Origin: Clostridia bacterium
GTDB lineage: Bacteria > Bacillota > Clostridia > Oscillospirales > CAG-272
Direction: 5' to 3'
NCBI GenBank assembly: GCA_017447775.1
Contig: JAFSMU010000030.1
Span: 21,872-85,871, forward strand
DNA: 64,000 nt
The notes below the pieces were generated by a model. It ran no database searches and was not told where the DNA came from. It saw only the letters and a list, made by a program, of their open reading frames with translations. This document shows positions 54,722-64,000 of the stretch, in pieces. The stretch's first letter is position 1. Each line of letters begins with the position of its first letter. Position numbers and translations under genes: made by a program.

Positions 54722-55645
54722 ATGAAAAACACGTACAAACCCGAAGGACTCAAATTTATGACCACCGAAAACAGAGAGTATCTGTATTCCCAAACCTCGC
54801 TCGAAAAAGCAATGCTTCAGGATAAGATAATCGAAGCGGCGGCGACGATGTGCACCGGAGATATGTCTCTTTCCGTCAACCTCGGATGCATGGAGGGCAT
54901 AATGGAAAAAGGCGAAACGGCGCTTTCTGACGGCGAGGTCAAAGATATCGCGGTTATAACGCGCGTGGGCAAACCGGTATGCTTTAAGGTGATGTCGATA
55001 GAAAAGCTTCACGGAGCGCCCGTTGCCTTTCTTTCGCGGCGCATGGCGCAGCAGGAATGTATGGAAAATTACATCAAAATGCTGATCCCCGGCGACGTAA
55101 TAGACGCAAAAGTCACCCATCTTGAACCTTTCGGCGCGTTTGTCGATATCGGGTGCGGGATAGTTTCGCTTATGCCGATAGATTCCATCTCCGTTTCGCG
55201 CATTTCTCACCCGAAAGACCGATTTCGCACGGGAATGTTCATCAAAGCCGTGGTAAAGAGTTTTGACGAGCAGACCGAGCGCGTTTGCGTATCTCACAAG
55301 GAGCTGCTCGGCACGTGGGAGCAGAACGTTGAAAAATTCTCGATCGGAGATACTGTTGCCGGGACGGTGCGTTCTGTCGAGCCGTACGGGATATTCGTCG
55401 AGCTGACGCCAAACCTTGCCGGGCTTGCGGAATACAGAGATGATATCGCCGTGGGAGATCGCGCGGCAGTTTACATAAAGAACATCATCCCCGAAAAAAT
55501 GAAAGTTAAGCTTGTGATCGTCGATTCGCAAAGCGATGAACCGATCGCCGACAACGCGACATATTTTGAAACACGACAGCACATTTCCGAATGGATATAT
55601 TCCCCGTCGGTATGTTCCAAAGTGATAAAAACGGTATTTGAATAA
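54722..55645 (+). CDS. S1 RNA-binding domain protein (two S1 folds)
   Basis: The two S1 folds read GDVIDAKVTHLEPFGAFVDIGCGIVSLMPIDSIS and GDTVAGTVRSVEPYGIFVELTPNLAGLAE. GGAGGA lies upstream. The longer antisense ORF 54701..55750 is rejected. Confidence 0.85.
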   Translation: MKNTYKPEGLKFMTTENREYLYSQTSLEKAMLQDKIIEAAATMCTGDMSLSVNLGCMEGIMEKGETALSDGEVKDIAVITRVGKPVCFKVMSIEKLHGAPVAFLSRRMAQQECMENYIKMLIPGDVIDAKVTHLEPFGAFVDIGCGIVSLMPIDSISVSRISHPKDRFRTGMFIKAVVKSFDEQTERVCVSHKELLGTWEQNVEKFSIGDTVAGTVRSVEPYGIFVELTPNLAGLAEYRDDIAVGDRAAVYIKNIIPEKMKVKLVIVDSQSDEPIADNATYFETRQHISEWIYSPSVCSKVIKTVFE

Positions 55646-55678
55646 AAAAATACGCGGCATTGCCGCGTATTTTTTTAT
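55644..55678. terminator. Bidirectional terminator
   Basis: aaaaaaatacgcggcattgccgcgtattttttt. Confidence 0.85.
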
Positions 55679-56109
55679 TTGATCAAAATTTTTAGCATGA
55701 GATATTCGCTTAAGTAATCGCTTCCGCCGCTGTACGTGCGTTTTACGCACATATAATACTCGCCAAACGGAACGGAATCATCAAGTCCATATCCCGTTTT
55801 TGTGCCGTTTTCATCGTAAATGCCGACAAGCTTAACCTCGGTTTTGCCGCCTTGAACAAGCGTTATTTCGTAAGTTCCGCTGATCTGTTCTACGGGGATT
55901 TCGTCGCGGTGCTTTTCGATAAGCTCAGTTATCGTTGCGTATATACCCTCGCCATCGGATACAACGCCGCCCTCGCCGGAATAAATCAAGATGTCAAGCG
56001 TTTTTATTTGATTTTTTCCGATAAAGATGCCGTAGCTATCGTTTTTCGAGCATCCGCATACGCAGACGGCAAACGCTATTACAAACAGCACTGATATCAG
56101 CTTTTTCAT
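55675..56109 (-). CDS. Small lipoprotein of unknown function
   Basis: The signal peptide plus lipobox is MKKLISVLFVIAFAVCVCGC. 144 aa. Confidence 0.7.
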   Translation of the reverse strand: MKKLISVLFVIAFAVCVCGCSKNDSYGIFIGKNQIKTLDILIYSGEGGVVSDGEGIYATITELIEKHRDEIPVEQISGTYEITLVQGGKTEVKLVGIYDENGTKTGYGLDDSVPFGEYYMCVKRTYSGGSDYLSEYLMLKILIK

Positions 56110-57518
56110 GCCTTGAAGAATGCTTCGAGCGCTTTGTGCGTCTGGTAAACGTCAGTCTTTGAAACAACCTCGCACGGAGCGTGCATCGAGAGAACGGGAA
56201 CGCCGATATCGATGGTGTCTATATTTCTCTGCGCGATATACTTTGCAACTGTGCCGCCGCCGCCCTGATCGACTTTGCCGAGTTCCGCCGTCTGCCATAC
56301 AACGCCCGCTTTATCAAGAAGATTTCTCACGTACCCGACAAATTCAGCCGACGCGTCGTTTGAGCCGCCCTTGCCGCGCGAGCCTGTAAATTTCGTAACA
56401 ACAACGCCTTTGTTTACAAAGCAGCCGTTGCGTTTTTCGATGACCTCGGGGAAATTGGGATCAAACGCCGCGTTAACGTCTGCCGAGAGGCATTTTGAGT
56501 TAGCGCGTACAACAGCGTCGTCAACGCCAAACGTCTTTGAAAGAGAAGAAACGATATCAAAGAATACTTCGCACTGCATACCGCTGTTGCCCTCGCTGCC
56601 GATCTCTTCTTTGTCCGCGAGAACCGCCATTGCCGTGTGAGCGGGCTTTTTCTGCGCGAGAAGAGCCGTTATTGCGGGATACGAGCATACTCTGTCGTCG
56701 TGACCGTATGCAAGGATCATACTTCTGTCAAAGCCTACGTCGCGCGCTTTTGTCGCTGGAACGGCACAGATCTCGGCACTCATAAAATCGGCCTCTGTTA
56801 TACCGTATTTTTCGTTGAGAAGCGCCAGAACGTTGAGCTTTACGCCCTCCGACGTCTTTTCGTCAAACGGGCGCGAGCCGACAAGGATATTGAGCTGTTC
56901 GCCCGTGATGCCGTCGGCAAGCGATCTTCTCATCTGATCGCCGGCAAGATGCGGGAGCAGATCGTCGATGTAGAATACGGGATCGCTTTCGTCCTCGCCG
57001 ATGACGAAATCAATCGTTTCGCCGTCAGCCTTTGTAATAACGCCGTGAAGCGCGAGCGGGATCGTCGTCCACTGGTATTTTTTAATACCGCCGTAGTAAT
57101 GCGTTTTGAAATATGCCATCCCGTCCGCTTCGTAAAGCGGATGCTGCTTTAAGTCGGTTCTCGGGGAGTCGATGTGAGACGCGCTGAGATTGATGCCTTT
57201 TTCAAGGCTTTCCGTGCCGACAACAAACGCGACAAGCGATTTTTTGTGGTTGTCATAGTAGTACTTTCCGCCGACTTTAACTTTGTCGCCGAGGCTATAC
57301 GGCTTGAAACCTTTTGCGACGAGAAGCTCTGTCGCGCTCTTGACGCATTCGCGCTCCGTCTTGCCGTTGTCAAGGAACTTTTTATAGTCCTCGCAATAGT
57401 CGTATGCCGCCTTGACGTCAGCATTGCTCATAACCTCGTAGGTGTTCTTCGCTTTGTAGAAAAGCTTTTCGGAAAGCTCTGCGGCTTTGCTCTTTGTTTC
57501 TGTTTTTTTCGTTGCCAT
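56106..57518 (-). CDS. M18-family aminopeptidase (aspartyl aminopeptidase-like)
   Basis: 470 aa. Motifs are SASHIDSPR, the metal ligands in AYGHDDR and DKEEIGSEG, and SMHAPCE. Confidence 0.85.
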   Translation of the reverse strand: MATKKTETKSKAAELSEKLFYKAKNTYEVMSNADVKAAYDYCEDYKKFLDNGKTERECVKSATELLVAKGFKPYSLGDKVKVGGKYYYDNHKKSLVAFVVGTESLEKGINLSASHIDSPRTDLKQHPLYEADGMAYFKTHYYGGIKKYQWTTIPLALHGVITKADGETIDFVIGEDESDPVFYIDDLLPHLAGDQMRRSLADGITGEQLNILVGSRPFDEKTSEGVKLNVLALLNEKYGITEADFMSAEICAVPATKARDVGFDRSMILAYGHDDRVCSYPAITALLAQKKPAHTAMAVLADKEEIGSEGNSGMQCEVFFDIVSSLSKTFGVDDAVVRANSKCLSADVNAAFDPNFPEVIEKRNGCFVNKGVVVTKFTGSRGKGGSNDASAEFVGYVRNLLDKAGVVWQTAELGKVDQGGGGTVAKYIAQRNIDTIDIGVPVLSMHAPCEVVSKTDVYQTHKALEAFFKA

Positions 57519-57544
57519 TTTTTATATCCTCCGTTAATTATTTT

Positions 57545-58699
57545 TTATTTTGAGCCGTAAACGGCTTTATATTCTTCGTAACGTTCCATCACCCAGCGGT
57601 GATAGTTGCGCGCGGACGCATTCGGTATTTTATCATACAAAAGCGTAACCCCGTCGCTTGAATACTCGGGGTCTTTCAGCATACGGATGACGTTACCTAT
57701 TCCGTAGTTATACGCGACTATGACCTCGTCAACGCCGACAAGCCGCTCGGTGAGCCAATGAAGGTAATACGTTCCCGCCTTGATGTTCGTTTCAGCGTCA
57801 AACAGCGCGTCTTTGTCAGCGGGAGTTCCCGTTGCGGGCATTATATCGCCGAGATACGTCGACATTTTTATCTGCATAAGACCAAGTGCATTTGACGACG
57901 ATACCGCGTGCGCGTCAAACGCGCTTTCAACGTGTATCACCGCCATAACAAGACACGGATCAACGCCGTACATTTCCCCGTACTTTTTTGCAAGGGCAAA
58001 TGCGTCGTCGGCGTCTATGATCAGCTTTTCAGGCTTGTCGTCAGGCGGCGGCTGCGGCTCATCCCCGCTCCCGACGGGTACTGTCGGTTCATCTGGCTTG
58101 TCCACGTCTTTCGGGCGGTAAAGCTCTGTATATTTTTCAAAAAACTTCTCAACCCGCCCGACGTATGCCTTCGTTTCGGAAAACGGTATCTCGGATATGT
58201 CAAGCTCTCCCGAATCGTCGCAAAGCGCGGGATCTGAGAGCCAGCGGCGGACGTTTGTCGCCCCGGCGTTATATGCGGCGATCCCGCTCCTTGTCGAGCC
58301 GAAATAATCTATAAGCCGCGAAAGGTAATAGATACCCGCGTGGATGTTCGTCTCGGGATCATAAAGCGCGTCGGCGTCGGCGGGAGTGTTTATCACGGGA
58401 GCAATATCGTACAGGTACGTCGTCGGCATTATCTGCATCAGCCCGCGCGCGCCTTGGCGCGAGGTCGCGTCGGGATCAAATCCGCTTTCCGCCTTTATAA
58501 CGGCGTAAACGAGGTTTTCGTCAACACCGAAGAGTTCAGAATACTTTTCAACGTGCTCCGAATATTCTTTTTTGTACCCCATTTTGCCGAAAAAGCTTCT
58601 CACCGCGTCGGAAGAAAAGGCGATCACAACAAGCGCCAGAATTATTCCGATTATCGTTATTTCAAGCAATATCTCTGTCGGTGAGCGGCGTTTTTCCAC
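57545..58699 (-). CDS. Membrane-anchored lytic transglycosylase with two tandem SLT domains
   Basis: An N-terminal TM helix is present. The two SLT cores are AVIKAESGFDPDATSRQGARGLMQIMPTTY and AVIHVESAFDAHAVSSSNALGLMQIKMSTY, separated by a Pro/Asp-rich linker. Confidence 0.88.
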   Translation of the reverse strand: MEKRRSPTEILLEITIIGIILALVVIAFSSDAVRSFFGKMGYKKEYSEHVEKYSELFGVDENLVYAVIKAESGFDPDATSRQGARGLMQIMPTTYLYDIAPVINTPADADALYDPETNIHAGIYYLSRLIDYFGSTRSGIAAYNAGATNVRRWLSDPALCDDSGELDISEIPFSETKAYVGRVEKFFEKYTELYRPKDVDKPDEPTVPVGSGDEPQPPPDDKPEKLIIDADDAFALAKKYGEMYGVDPCLVMAVIHVESAFDAHAVSSSNALGLMQIKMSTYLGDIMPATGTPADKDALFDAETNIKAGTYYLHWLTERLVGVDEVIVAYNYGIGNVIRMLKDPEYSSDGVTLLYDKIPNASARNYHRWVMERYEEYKAVYGSK

Positions 58700-58702
58700 T
58701 GT

Positions 58703-59293
58703 TTATTTCTCCAATTCCGCAAGCATTTTTGACACATTCTTTTCAAGATCAGAAATGCCGCCCTCGTTTTCTATAATATATACGCACTTTTCGCGGTAAA
58801 AATCATCGTTTTTTTGAGATGACGTCCTTATCGCCGCATCACTTACGTCAAGCCCGTCGCGCTCAGCCACCCTCTTTGCACGCATCTCTTTGCCCGATAT
58901 CACGCCGACAGTCAAGTCACACACGCTGTCAAGTCCGGATTCAAACAGAAGTGGCGCGTCGATCACGATTTTGCCGCCTGCCGATAACTGTTCCATAACT
59001 TTTTTCTTTATTATCGGGTGGCTTATCGCCGTCAGCAGCGAGAGCTTCTCCTTGTCGGCAAAAACGCTCTTTCCGAGCGCGCGTCGGTCGATCTTCCCGT
59101 TTGCGTCAAACACGCCGTTTCCGAAATGCGCCCTGACGGCGTTTATATACTCCGGGACAGCGTCGATATCGTGCGAAATTTTGTCGCAGTCGACAATGCG
59201 GTACCCGGCATGGCAAAACATTTTTGCCACAGTGCTTTTTCCGCTTCCCGAGCTTCCCGTAAGACCGATTATCACGTTTGTCCCGCCTTTCAT
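58703..59293 (-). CDS. coaE: Dephospho-CoA kinase
   Basis: IIGLTGSSGSGKSTVAKMF (P-loop) and IVIDAPLLFESG. Confidence 0.9.
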   Translation of the reverse strand: MKGGTNVIIGLTGSSGSGKSTVAKMFCHAGYRIVDCDKISHDIDAVPEYINAVRAHFGNGVFDANGKIDRRALGKSVFADKEKLSLLTAISHPIIKKKVMEQLSAGGKIVIDAPLLFESGLDSVCDLTVGVISGKEMRAKRVAERDGLDVSDAAIRTSSQKNDDFYREKCVYIIENEGGISDLEKNVSKMLAELEK

Positions 59294-60337
59294 TTATTTG
59301 TTGAGGTAAACGAGCGTATATCCCGACGCTTTGAGCATTCTGTTGTACGTCGCAAGATCGATTCCCACAGGCTCGACCGCGGTCGCGAGAATCTTTTCAA
59401 CGTCAGTGCCGTCAAAGTTCCGCAGTGCCGAAAACAGTGCTTTCGCGTGCGCTTTGCCGTCGCTCCTCTTTCCGAATCTGACAACGTTGCCGCCGTTTAT
59501 CATATCGGCGACCTCATCAAAGCACAAGACGCCGATCTTGTCGCCATTTTTTACATGACTGTTTATGTATTCGGCACATTCCGCGTTATCGCCGACAAGA
59601 AGAGTTACCTCGGCGCGCGGCGCATAGTGTTTATACTTCATCCCCGGCGCAAGAGGCGCTTTGTCGGTTTCGTTTTTTTCCGTAATGCCGCGGTCAATTT
59701 TGAGATCGGGCAATATTTCAGACAGCATTTGCGGCGTTACAGCGCCCGGTCGAAGAAGCGTTGCTCCGCCGACATCGAGCTTTACGATCGTCGATTCAAG
59801 ACCGATATCGCACTCGCCGCCGTCGATTATCATATCGACCTTGCCGTCAAGGTCGTGTATAACGTGCTGTGCCGACGTCGGACTTGGCTTGCCGGAAATG
59901 TTCGCGCTCGGCGCGGCGATGGGAACGCGTGAAAGCCGTATCAGTTCGCGCGCCACCTCGTTTTTCGGGCAGCGTATTGCTACGGTATCAAGCCCGCCGG
60001 TCACGTTTTTCGGCACGATATCGCGCTTTGGCATTATTATCGTCAGCGGCCCCGGCAGGAATTTTTCCGCAAGAGCGTAGTACGTCGGCGGAACGAGAGC
60101 GTATTTTTCCGCATCCTCGGGTTTGTGAATATGCACTATAAGCGGGTTATCGGACGGGCGGCCTTTTGCCGCGTAAATCTTTTTTGCCGCGTCAGCGTCA
60201 AGCGCCGACGCGCCGAGTCCGTAAACCGTTTCAGTCGGGAATACGACAAGTCCGCCGCGGGAAATTATCTTCGCCGCGTCTTCAAGTTGAGGCGCAAGCG
60301 GTGAATTTGTGTTTATTTTTATGAATTTCGTTTCCAT
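59294..60337 (-). CDS. tsaC: L-threonylcarbamoyladenylate synthase (Sua5/YwlC long form)
   Basis: GGLVVFPTETVYGLGASALDADAAKKIYAAKGRPSDNPLIVHI. A C-terminal Sua5 domain is present. 347 aa. Confidence 0.9.
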   Translation of the reverse strand: METKFIKINTNSPLAPQLEDAAKIISRGGLVVFPTETVYGLGASALDADAAKKIYAAKGRPSDNPLIVHIHKPEDAEKYALVPPTYYALAEKFLPGPLTIIMPKRDIVPKNVTGGLDTVAIRCPKNEVARELIRLSRVPIAAPSANISGKPSPTSAQHVIHDLDGKVDMIIDGGECDIGLESTIVKLDVGGATLLRPGAVTPQMLSEILPDLKIDRGITEKNETDKAPLAPGMKYKHYAPRAEVTLLVGDNAECAEYINSHVKNGDKIGVLCFDEVADMINGGNVVRFGKRSDGKAHAKALFSALRNFDGTDVEKILATAVEPVGIDLATYNRMLKASGYTLVYLNK

Positions 60338-61402
60338 TTATATTCCGTTTTTCAGTTTTTCCGCCGTATCGGCTGAGATCAAAGCGTCAATGACCGACGC
60401 GATATTGCCGTTCATAAAGCTTTCAAGGTCGTATATCGTCATTCCGATACGGTGATCGGTTATGCGCCCCTGCGGGTAATTATACGTTCGTATGCGCTCG
60501 CTCCTGTCGCCCGTGCCGACCTGACTTTTGCGGTTTTCGGCGATCTCTGAGTCGCGCTTTGTTTTTTCAATGTCGTAAAGCTTTGCGCGGAGCATTTTCA
60601 TCGCCGTTTCTTTATTCTGAAGCTGGCTGCGCTCCGTCTGACATCCGACGACGATCCCCGTCGGCTTATGGATTATTCGTATGGCTGATTCCGTCTTGTT
60701 TATATGCTGTCCGCCCGCACCGCTCGATTTACACGTTTCAACCGTGATATCGTCGGGGTTTATAACGATATCCACGTCCTCGGTCTCCGGAAGAACGGCG
60801 ACGGTAACGGTGGACGTTTGTATTCTTCCCTGCGATTCCGTTTCAGGCACGCGCTGAACGCGGTGGACTCCGCTTTCATATTTCAGCTTTGAGTAAACGC
60901 CGGTGCCGGTCACCGATACCGATACTTCCTTAAAACCGCCAAGCTCCGTTTCGTTTGCGTCAAGCATCTGAAATTTCCAGCCGACGCTTGAAGCGAACAT
61001 CGAATACATACGGTAAAGATCGTACACAAACAGCGCCGCCTCCTCGCCACCGGCGCCGGCGCGGATCTCGAGAATCACGTTTTTGTCGTCATTCTCGTCC
61101 TTCGGTAAAAGCAAAACGGAGATGTCGTATTCAAGCTGAGACAGCCTTTCTCTTTCCGACTTTATTTCATCCTCCGCCATTTTGCGAAGCTCGGCGTCGC
61201 TGTCGGAGAGCATTTCTTCGGCCTCCTCGATCGCCTTGCGGCACGCGACGTACTCGTCGTATTTTTCTGCGAGCGGGCGAAGCTTGTTATGCTCTTTTAT
61301 CAGCTCAAGATATTGCTCGCGGTCGTTTATATACTCGGGCATTTGAAGTTTGTGTTCGATACTGTCAAATCTGTCTTTGATTTCCCGTACCCTGTTTATC
61401 AC
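60338..61402 (-). CDS. prfA: Peptide chain release factor 1
   Basis: SGAGGQHINKTESAIRI (GGQ) and TVAVLPE (RF1-type PxT region). The start is a GTG at 61402 with GGGGAGGG upstream. Confidence 0.92.
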   Translation of the reverse strand: MINRVREIKDRFDSIEHKLQMPEYINDREQYLELIKEHNKLRPLAEKYDEYVACRKAIEEAEEMLSDSDAELRKMAEDEIKSERERLSQLEYDISVLLLPKDENDDKNVILEIRAGAGGEEAALFVYDLYRMYSMFASSVGWKFQMLDANETELGGFKEVSVSVTGTGVYSKLKYESGVHRVQRVPETESQGRIQTSTVTVAVLPETEDVDIVINPDDITVETCKSSGAGGQHINKTESAIRIIHKPTGIVVGCQTERSQLQNKETAMKMLRAKLYDIEKTKRDSEIAENRKSQVGTGDRSERIRTYNYPQGRITDHRIGMTIYDLESFMNGNIASVIDALISADTAEKLKNGI

Positions 61403-61588
61403 GGCAATACCCTCCCCATTATAATGATATACATATTTTACTACAATAATCTGACATTTTCAATATATATTAAAAACTTTTTTGTTTCCCGACGTTTGAG
61501 TTTGAAGGCGAAAAAAAGAGATTTCGAGAGATTTTAAGAGGTTTGCACAAGTTAAATTAAAATTTTCAATTTTTTTTGAAAAAATGTA

Positions 61589-61617
61589 TTGACAACGCAA
61601 AGTCGGCGTGATATAAT
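61589..61617 (+). promoter_or_regulatory. Consensus sigma-A promoter for rplM-rpsI
   Basis: TTGACA (61589-61594), a 17-nt spacer and TGaTATAAT (-10 at 61612-61617). A leader of about 60 nt follows. Confidence 0.6.
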
Positions 61618-61680
61618 ACGAAACGTTGCAAAAGGGAGATTTATGCTCTCAGACAAAAATTTAACGGAGGATTTTACACG

Positions 61681-62112
61681 ATGTCCACTTATATGGCAAA
61701 AAAAGAAACAATCGAGCGTAAATGGTATATCATCGACGCGGCAGGCAAGCCGCTCGGCAAAACGGCTGTATGCGCAGCTACCATTCTCAGAGGCAAACAT
61801 CGCCCTGAATTTACGCCCCACGTTGACTGCGGCGAGTGCGTTATAATCATCAACGCAAAAGACGCTGTTCTCACAGGCAACAAACTCACACAGAAGTTCT
61901 ACCGCCGTCATTCCGGTTACATCGGAGGACTTAAGGAAACGAACTACAAAACACTTATGGCAACAAAGCCGGAGCTTGCTGTGCAGCTTGCCGTTAAAGG
62001 TATGCTTCCCCACAACACAATCGGTGACAAGAGCATCACAAGACTTAAAGTTTTCGCAGCCGAGGCTGTAAATTGCGAGTCGCTCAAGCCCATCGAAGTT
62101 ACGGTAGACTGA
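61681..62112 (+). CDS. rplM: 50S ribosomal protein L13
   Basis: KKETIERKWYIIDAAGKPLGKTA...LRGKHRPEFTPHVDCGECVIIINA. Confidence 0.95.
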   Translation: MSTYMAKKETIERKWYIIDAAGKPLGKTAVCAATILRGKHRPEFTPHVDCGECVIIINAKDAVLTGNKLTQKFYRRHSGYIGGLKETNYKTLMATKPELAVQLAVKGMLPHNTIGDKSITRLKVFAAEAVNCESLKPIEVTVD

Positions 62113-62131
62113 AGAAAGGAGTCATTGATCA

Positions 62132-62533
62132 ATGTATACAAGTGCTAAACCTTATTTCTACGGAACAGGCAGAAGAAAAAAATCCGTTGCAAGAGTTCGT
62201 CTTTATCCCGGAACAGGCACGATAACGATCAACGGTCGTGACATCGATGAATACTTCGGTCTTGAAACACTCAAGCTCATCGTTAACCAGCCCTTCGGCG
62301 TAACAGGCACGGAAGGCAAATTCGATATCGTATGCACAGCTAAGGGCGGCGGCATCTCCGGTCAGGCAGGCGCTATCCGTCACGGCGTTGCAAGAGCTCT
62401 TCTTCTCGCAGACGAAACGTATAAGCCCCTTCTCAAAAAAGCAGGACTTCTCACTCGTGACCCGAGAATGAAAGAAAGAAAGAAATACGGTCTCAAAGCC
62501 GCTCGTCGCGCACCGCAGTTCTCAAAGAGATAA
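62132..62533 (+). CDS. rpsI: 30S ribosomal protein S9
   Basis: [29 protein letters not shown]...[27 protein letters not shown]. Confidence 0.95.
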   Translation: MYTSAKPYFYGTGRRKKSVARVRLYPGTGTITINGRDIDEYFGLETLKLIVNQPFGVTGTEGKFDIVCTAKGGGISGQAGAIRHGVARALLLADETYKPLLKKAGLLTRDPRMKERKKYGLKAARRAPQFSKR

Positions 62534-62546
62534 TCGATTTTATCAA

Positions 62547-62577
62547 GAAACGGCAGACAAACGTCTGCCGTTTTTTA
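62547..62577 (+). terminator. Rho-independent terminator of rplM-rpsI
   Basis: cggcagacaaacgtctgccgtttttt. Confidence 0.85.
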
Positions 62578-62589
62578 TGTATTGAAATG

Positions 62590-63267
62590 TTACTGTTGCT
62601 TTTTGCCTGCCCTTTTCGCGATCGCCCACTCGGCAACGCCGAATGCAAATGAAACGGTGAGCATCGAGAGCGCCGATATCGGCACCGCCCAGATCTTTCC
62701 GCCGAATGAGAATCCGTAAAAGTCCGGCCATTGCTCAAATACGATAACTTTAAGGAAATACAGCACCGAATAAAGCGCCGTCGGCACTATCGCCAAAAAC
62801 GTATATTTGAATTTTATCTGCGGCATACCTTCAAAAAACAGAAACGTAACGATAGCCATGACCGGCGTTATAAGGTGCATAAACAGGTTGTTCCCGTCAA
62901 AAAGCGAAAAATAACTGTGTCCGTTTACCACGAACATCGGCCCGAGGAAAAGGACCACCGTCATAAGAGTTACGGTGACAGATACCGTTGACGTGAATTT
63001 TATCAGGATAAGCCATTTCGGATATTTCACCTCGTCGCTTATCGCGCATTTAACGTTATAAACGGCAAACACAAGTGCCGCCGCCGCGACGAACAAATTG
63101 GAAAGCACGGTAAAATACCTCAAACTGCTCCAACCCGAAATGCCGAACCAGCTTGCATCTCTTATAATATCCGTTCTGAAATTATAGATGAACGCGCTTG
63201 CCGTGAAATAAACGATGGTAACGTTGAAAAGCAACGACGCTATGTTCAGTGTCCTTGTTTTTTTCAT
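62590..63267 (-). CDS. Hypothetical integral membrane protein (~7 TM)
   Basis: Trimmed to the ATG at 63267, with GGAGG upstream. The sequence begins MKKTRTLNIASLLFNVTIVYF.... The 5' part of the track ORF would overlap the tRNA-Pro promoter. Confidence 0.65.
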   Translation of the reverse strand: MKKTRTLNIASLLFNVTIVYFTASAFIYNFRTDIIRDASWFGISGWSSLRYFTVLSNLFVAAAALVFAVYNVKCAISDEVKYPKWLILIKFTSTVSVTVTLMTVVLFLGPMFVVNGHSYFSLFDGNNLFMHLITPVMAIVTFLFFEGMPQIKFKYTFLAIVPTALYSVLYFLKVIVFEQWPDFYGFSFGGKIWAVPISALSMLTVSFAFGVAEWAIAKRAGKKQQ

Positions 63268-63294
63268 TTGTGCCTCCGTAAATCTAAAATATTG

Positions 63295-63323
63295 TTGACA
63301 ATTTGTTTTTTTTCTGCTAAAAT
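63295..63323 (+). promoter_or_regulatory. Consensus sigma-A promoter for tRNA-Pro
   Basis: TTGACA (63295-63300), a 17-nt spacer and TGcTAAAAT (-10 at 63318-63323). The tRNA starts 9 nt after the -10. Confidence 0.6.
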
Positions 63324-63331
63324 AGCGTTGA

Positions 63332-63406
63332 CGAGGTGTGGCGCAATGGTAGCGCGCTTGCTTTGGGAGCAAGATGCTGCAGGTTCAAATCCTGTCACTT
63401 CGACCA
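63332..63406 (+). tRNA. tRNA-Pro (anticodon UGG), CCA encoded
   Basis: CGAGGTG TG GCGC AATGGTA GCGC G CTTGC TTTGGGA GCAAG ATGCT GCAGG TTCAAAT CCTGT CACTTCG A CCA. It has C1-G72, G37 and a full cloverleaf. 75 nt. Confidence 0.92.
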
Positions 63407-63411
63407 GAATT

Positions 63412-63439
63412 TGCCGTCGGTAATACGACGGCATTTTTC
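63412..63439 (+). terminator. Rho-independent terminator after tRNA-Pro
   Basis: tgccgtcggtaatacgacggcattttt. Confidence 0.8.
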
Positions 63440-63466
63440 ATGCGCGGCGAAAATCGCCCTTACATG

Positions 63467-63919
63467 TTACGCGGCCGATTTTTTGTTTTTGATAGCCTTT
63501 TTGATGTTCAGAAACAGGCTTACGAAAAGCGACGCCACAAGTATTCCGGCAGCAATGCCAAGGCAAGTATCAAGAGTTGTAAGCCCGTAAGTCTGCGCGG
63601 CGTCATAGTCCTTTGAAAGTATATTTGATACGGTATAATACAGCGCTCCGCCGGGGACAAGCGGGATGAGCGACGGGGTGAGGAATGTGACCGTCGGTGC
63701 CTTTCTTACCCGTGCTATGAGCTCGCTGTAAAGCGTTACGATAAACGCGGCGATCGTCGACGAAACGAAAGCGCCGAGCTGATCTGTCAAAAGGTAAAGT
63801 CCGCACGCGATAGCTCCGCCAATGACGGCAAATACAAGATGGCGCGGCTTAACGCCGAAAAGCACTGAAAAACCGATAGTGCCGACGATCCCGGCAATGA
63901 AAACAACAATATCGCTCAT
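63467..63919 (-). CDS. Threonine/serine exporter family protein, small subunit (DUF3815-like)
   Basis: 150 aa with 4-5 TM segments: MSDIVVFIAGIVGTIGFSVLFGV...LIPLVPGGALYYT. Confidence 0.7.
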   Translation of the reverse strand: MSDIVVFIAGIVGTIGFSVLFGVKPRHLVFAVIGGAIACGLYLLTDQLGAFVSSTIAAFIVTLYSELIARVRKAPTVTFLTPSLIPLVPGGALYYTVSNILSKDYDAAQTYGLTTLDTCLGIAAGILVASLFVSLFLNIKKAIKNKKSAA

Positions 63920-64000
63920 TATGCGGCACCTCCTGTTATAAGGATGGCCAAAGCGAAGCCGAATGCGATCATAAGCGCCAGCAGTAGCGATTCAATAAGC
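63919..64000 (-). CDS. C-terminal end of a membrane protein (probably the ThrE/DUF1212 partner); the 5' part lies beyond the window
   Basis: The rc reads ...LIESLLLALMIAFGFALAILITGGAA*, and its TAA overlaps the downstream ATG (TAATG). Only 27 codons are visible. Confidence 0.4.
   Translation of the reverse strand, partial: LIESLLLALMIAFGFALAILITGGAA

Noticed and set aside
61618-61680. Possible ribosomal-protein L13 leader RNA upstream of rplM.
   Set aside because: A leader of about 60 nt exists, but I cannot verify the conserved structure by eye. It needs an Rfam scan, so it is not reported as a feature.

Overview
The window looks like a chromosomal, mostly housekeeping segment of a roughly 50% GC endospore-forming member of the Clostridia. 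That call rests on spoVAC/spoVAD, a BofC-like gene, Firmicutes-type consensus promoters and GGAGG ribosome-binding sites; a finer taxonomic guess is not possible from the sequence alone. I call about 60 protein genes. They include five aminoacyl-tRNA synthetases (metG, gltX, glyQS, trpS, serS), tsaE/tsaB/tsaC, prfA, rplM-rpsI, lgt, galT, coaE, ruvX, rpiB, a class A PBP, and an oxidative-TCA-branch operon (Re-citrate-synthase-like, GntR, aconitase, isocitrate dehydrogenase). RNA features are two tRNAs (Gln-CUG on the minus strand, Pro-UGG on the plus strand) and one T-box leader upstream of serS. I found no CRISPR array, transposase, integrase, phage gene or recognisable defence gene. The items most worth a second look are: (1) an ATP-grasp ligase + Asp-type racemase + MurE trio whose MurE carries DNPN instead of the DAP-type DNPR motif, suggesting a Lys-D-Asp peptidoglycan branch module; (2) an 875-aa ECF-type sigma factor fused to a roughly 700-aa soluble C-terminal region with an internally duplicated module; (3) a perfect 51-bp direct repeat (tRNA-Gln 3' end plus its terminator) bracketing a 120-nt multi-hairpin insert; (4) a DUF1538-like membrane protein with two tandem P-II-like proteins; (5) a tandemly duplicated glycosylase...GNAT locus with reciprocal gene decay and two different cassette genes; (6) a DUF402-ASCH fusion protein. 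All functional calls come from motif recognition by eye. No database search was run.
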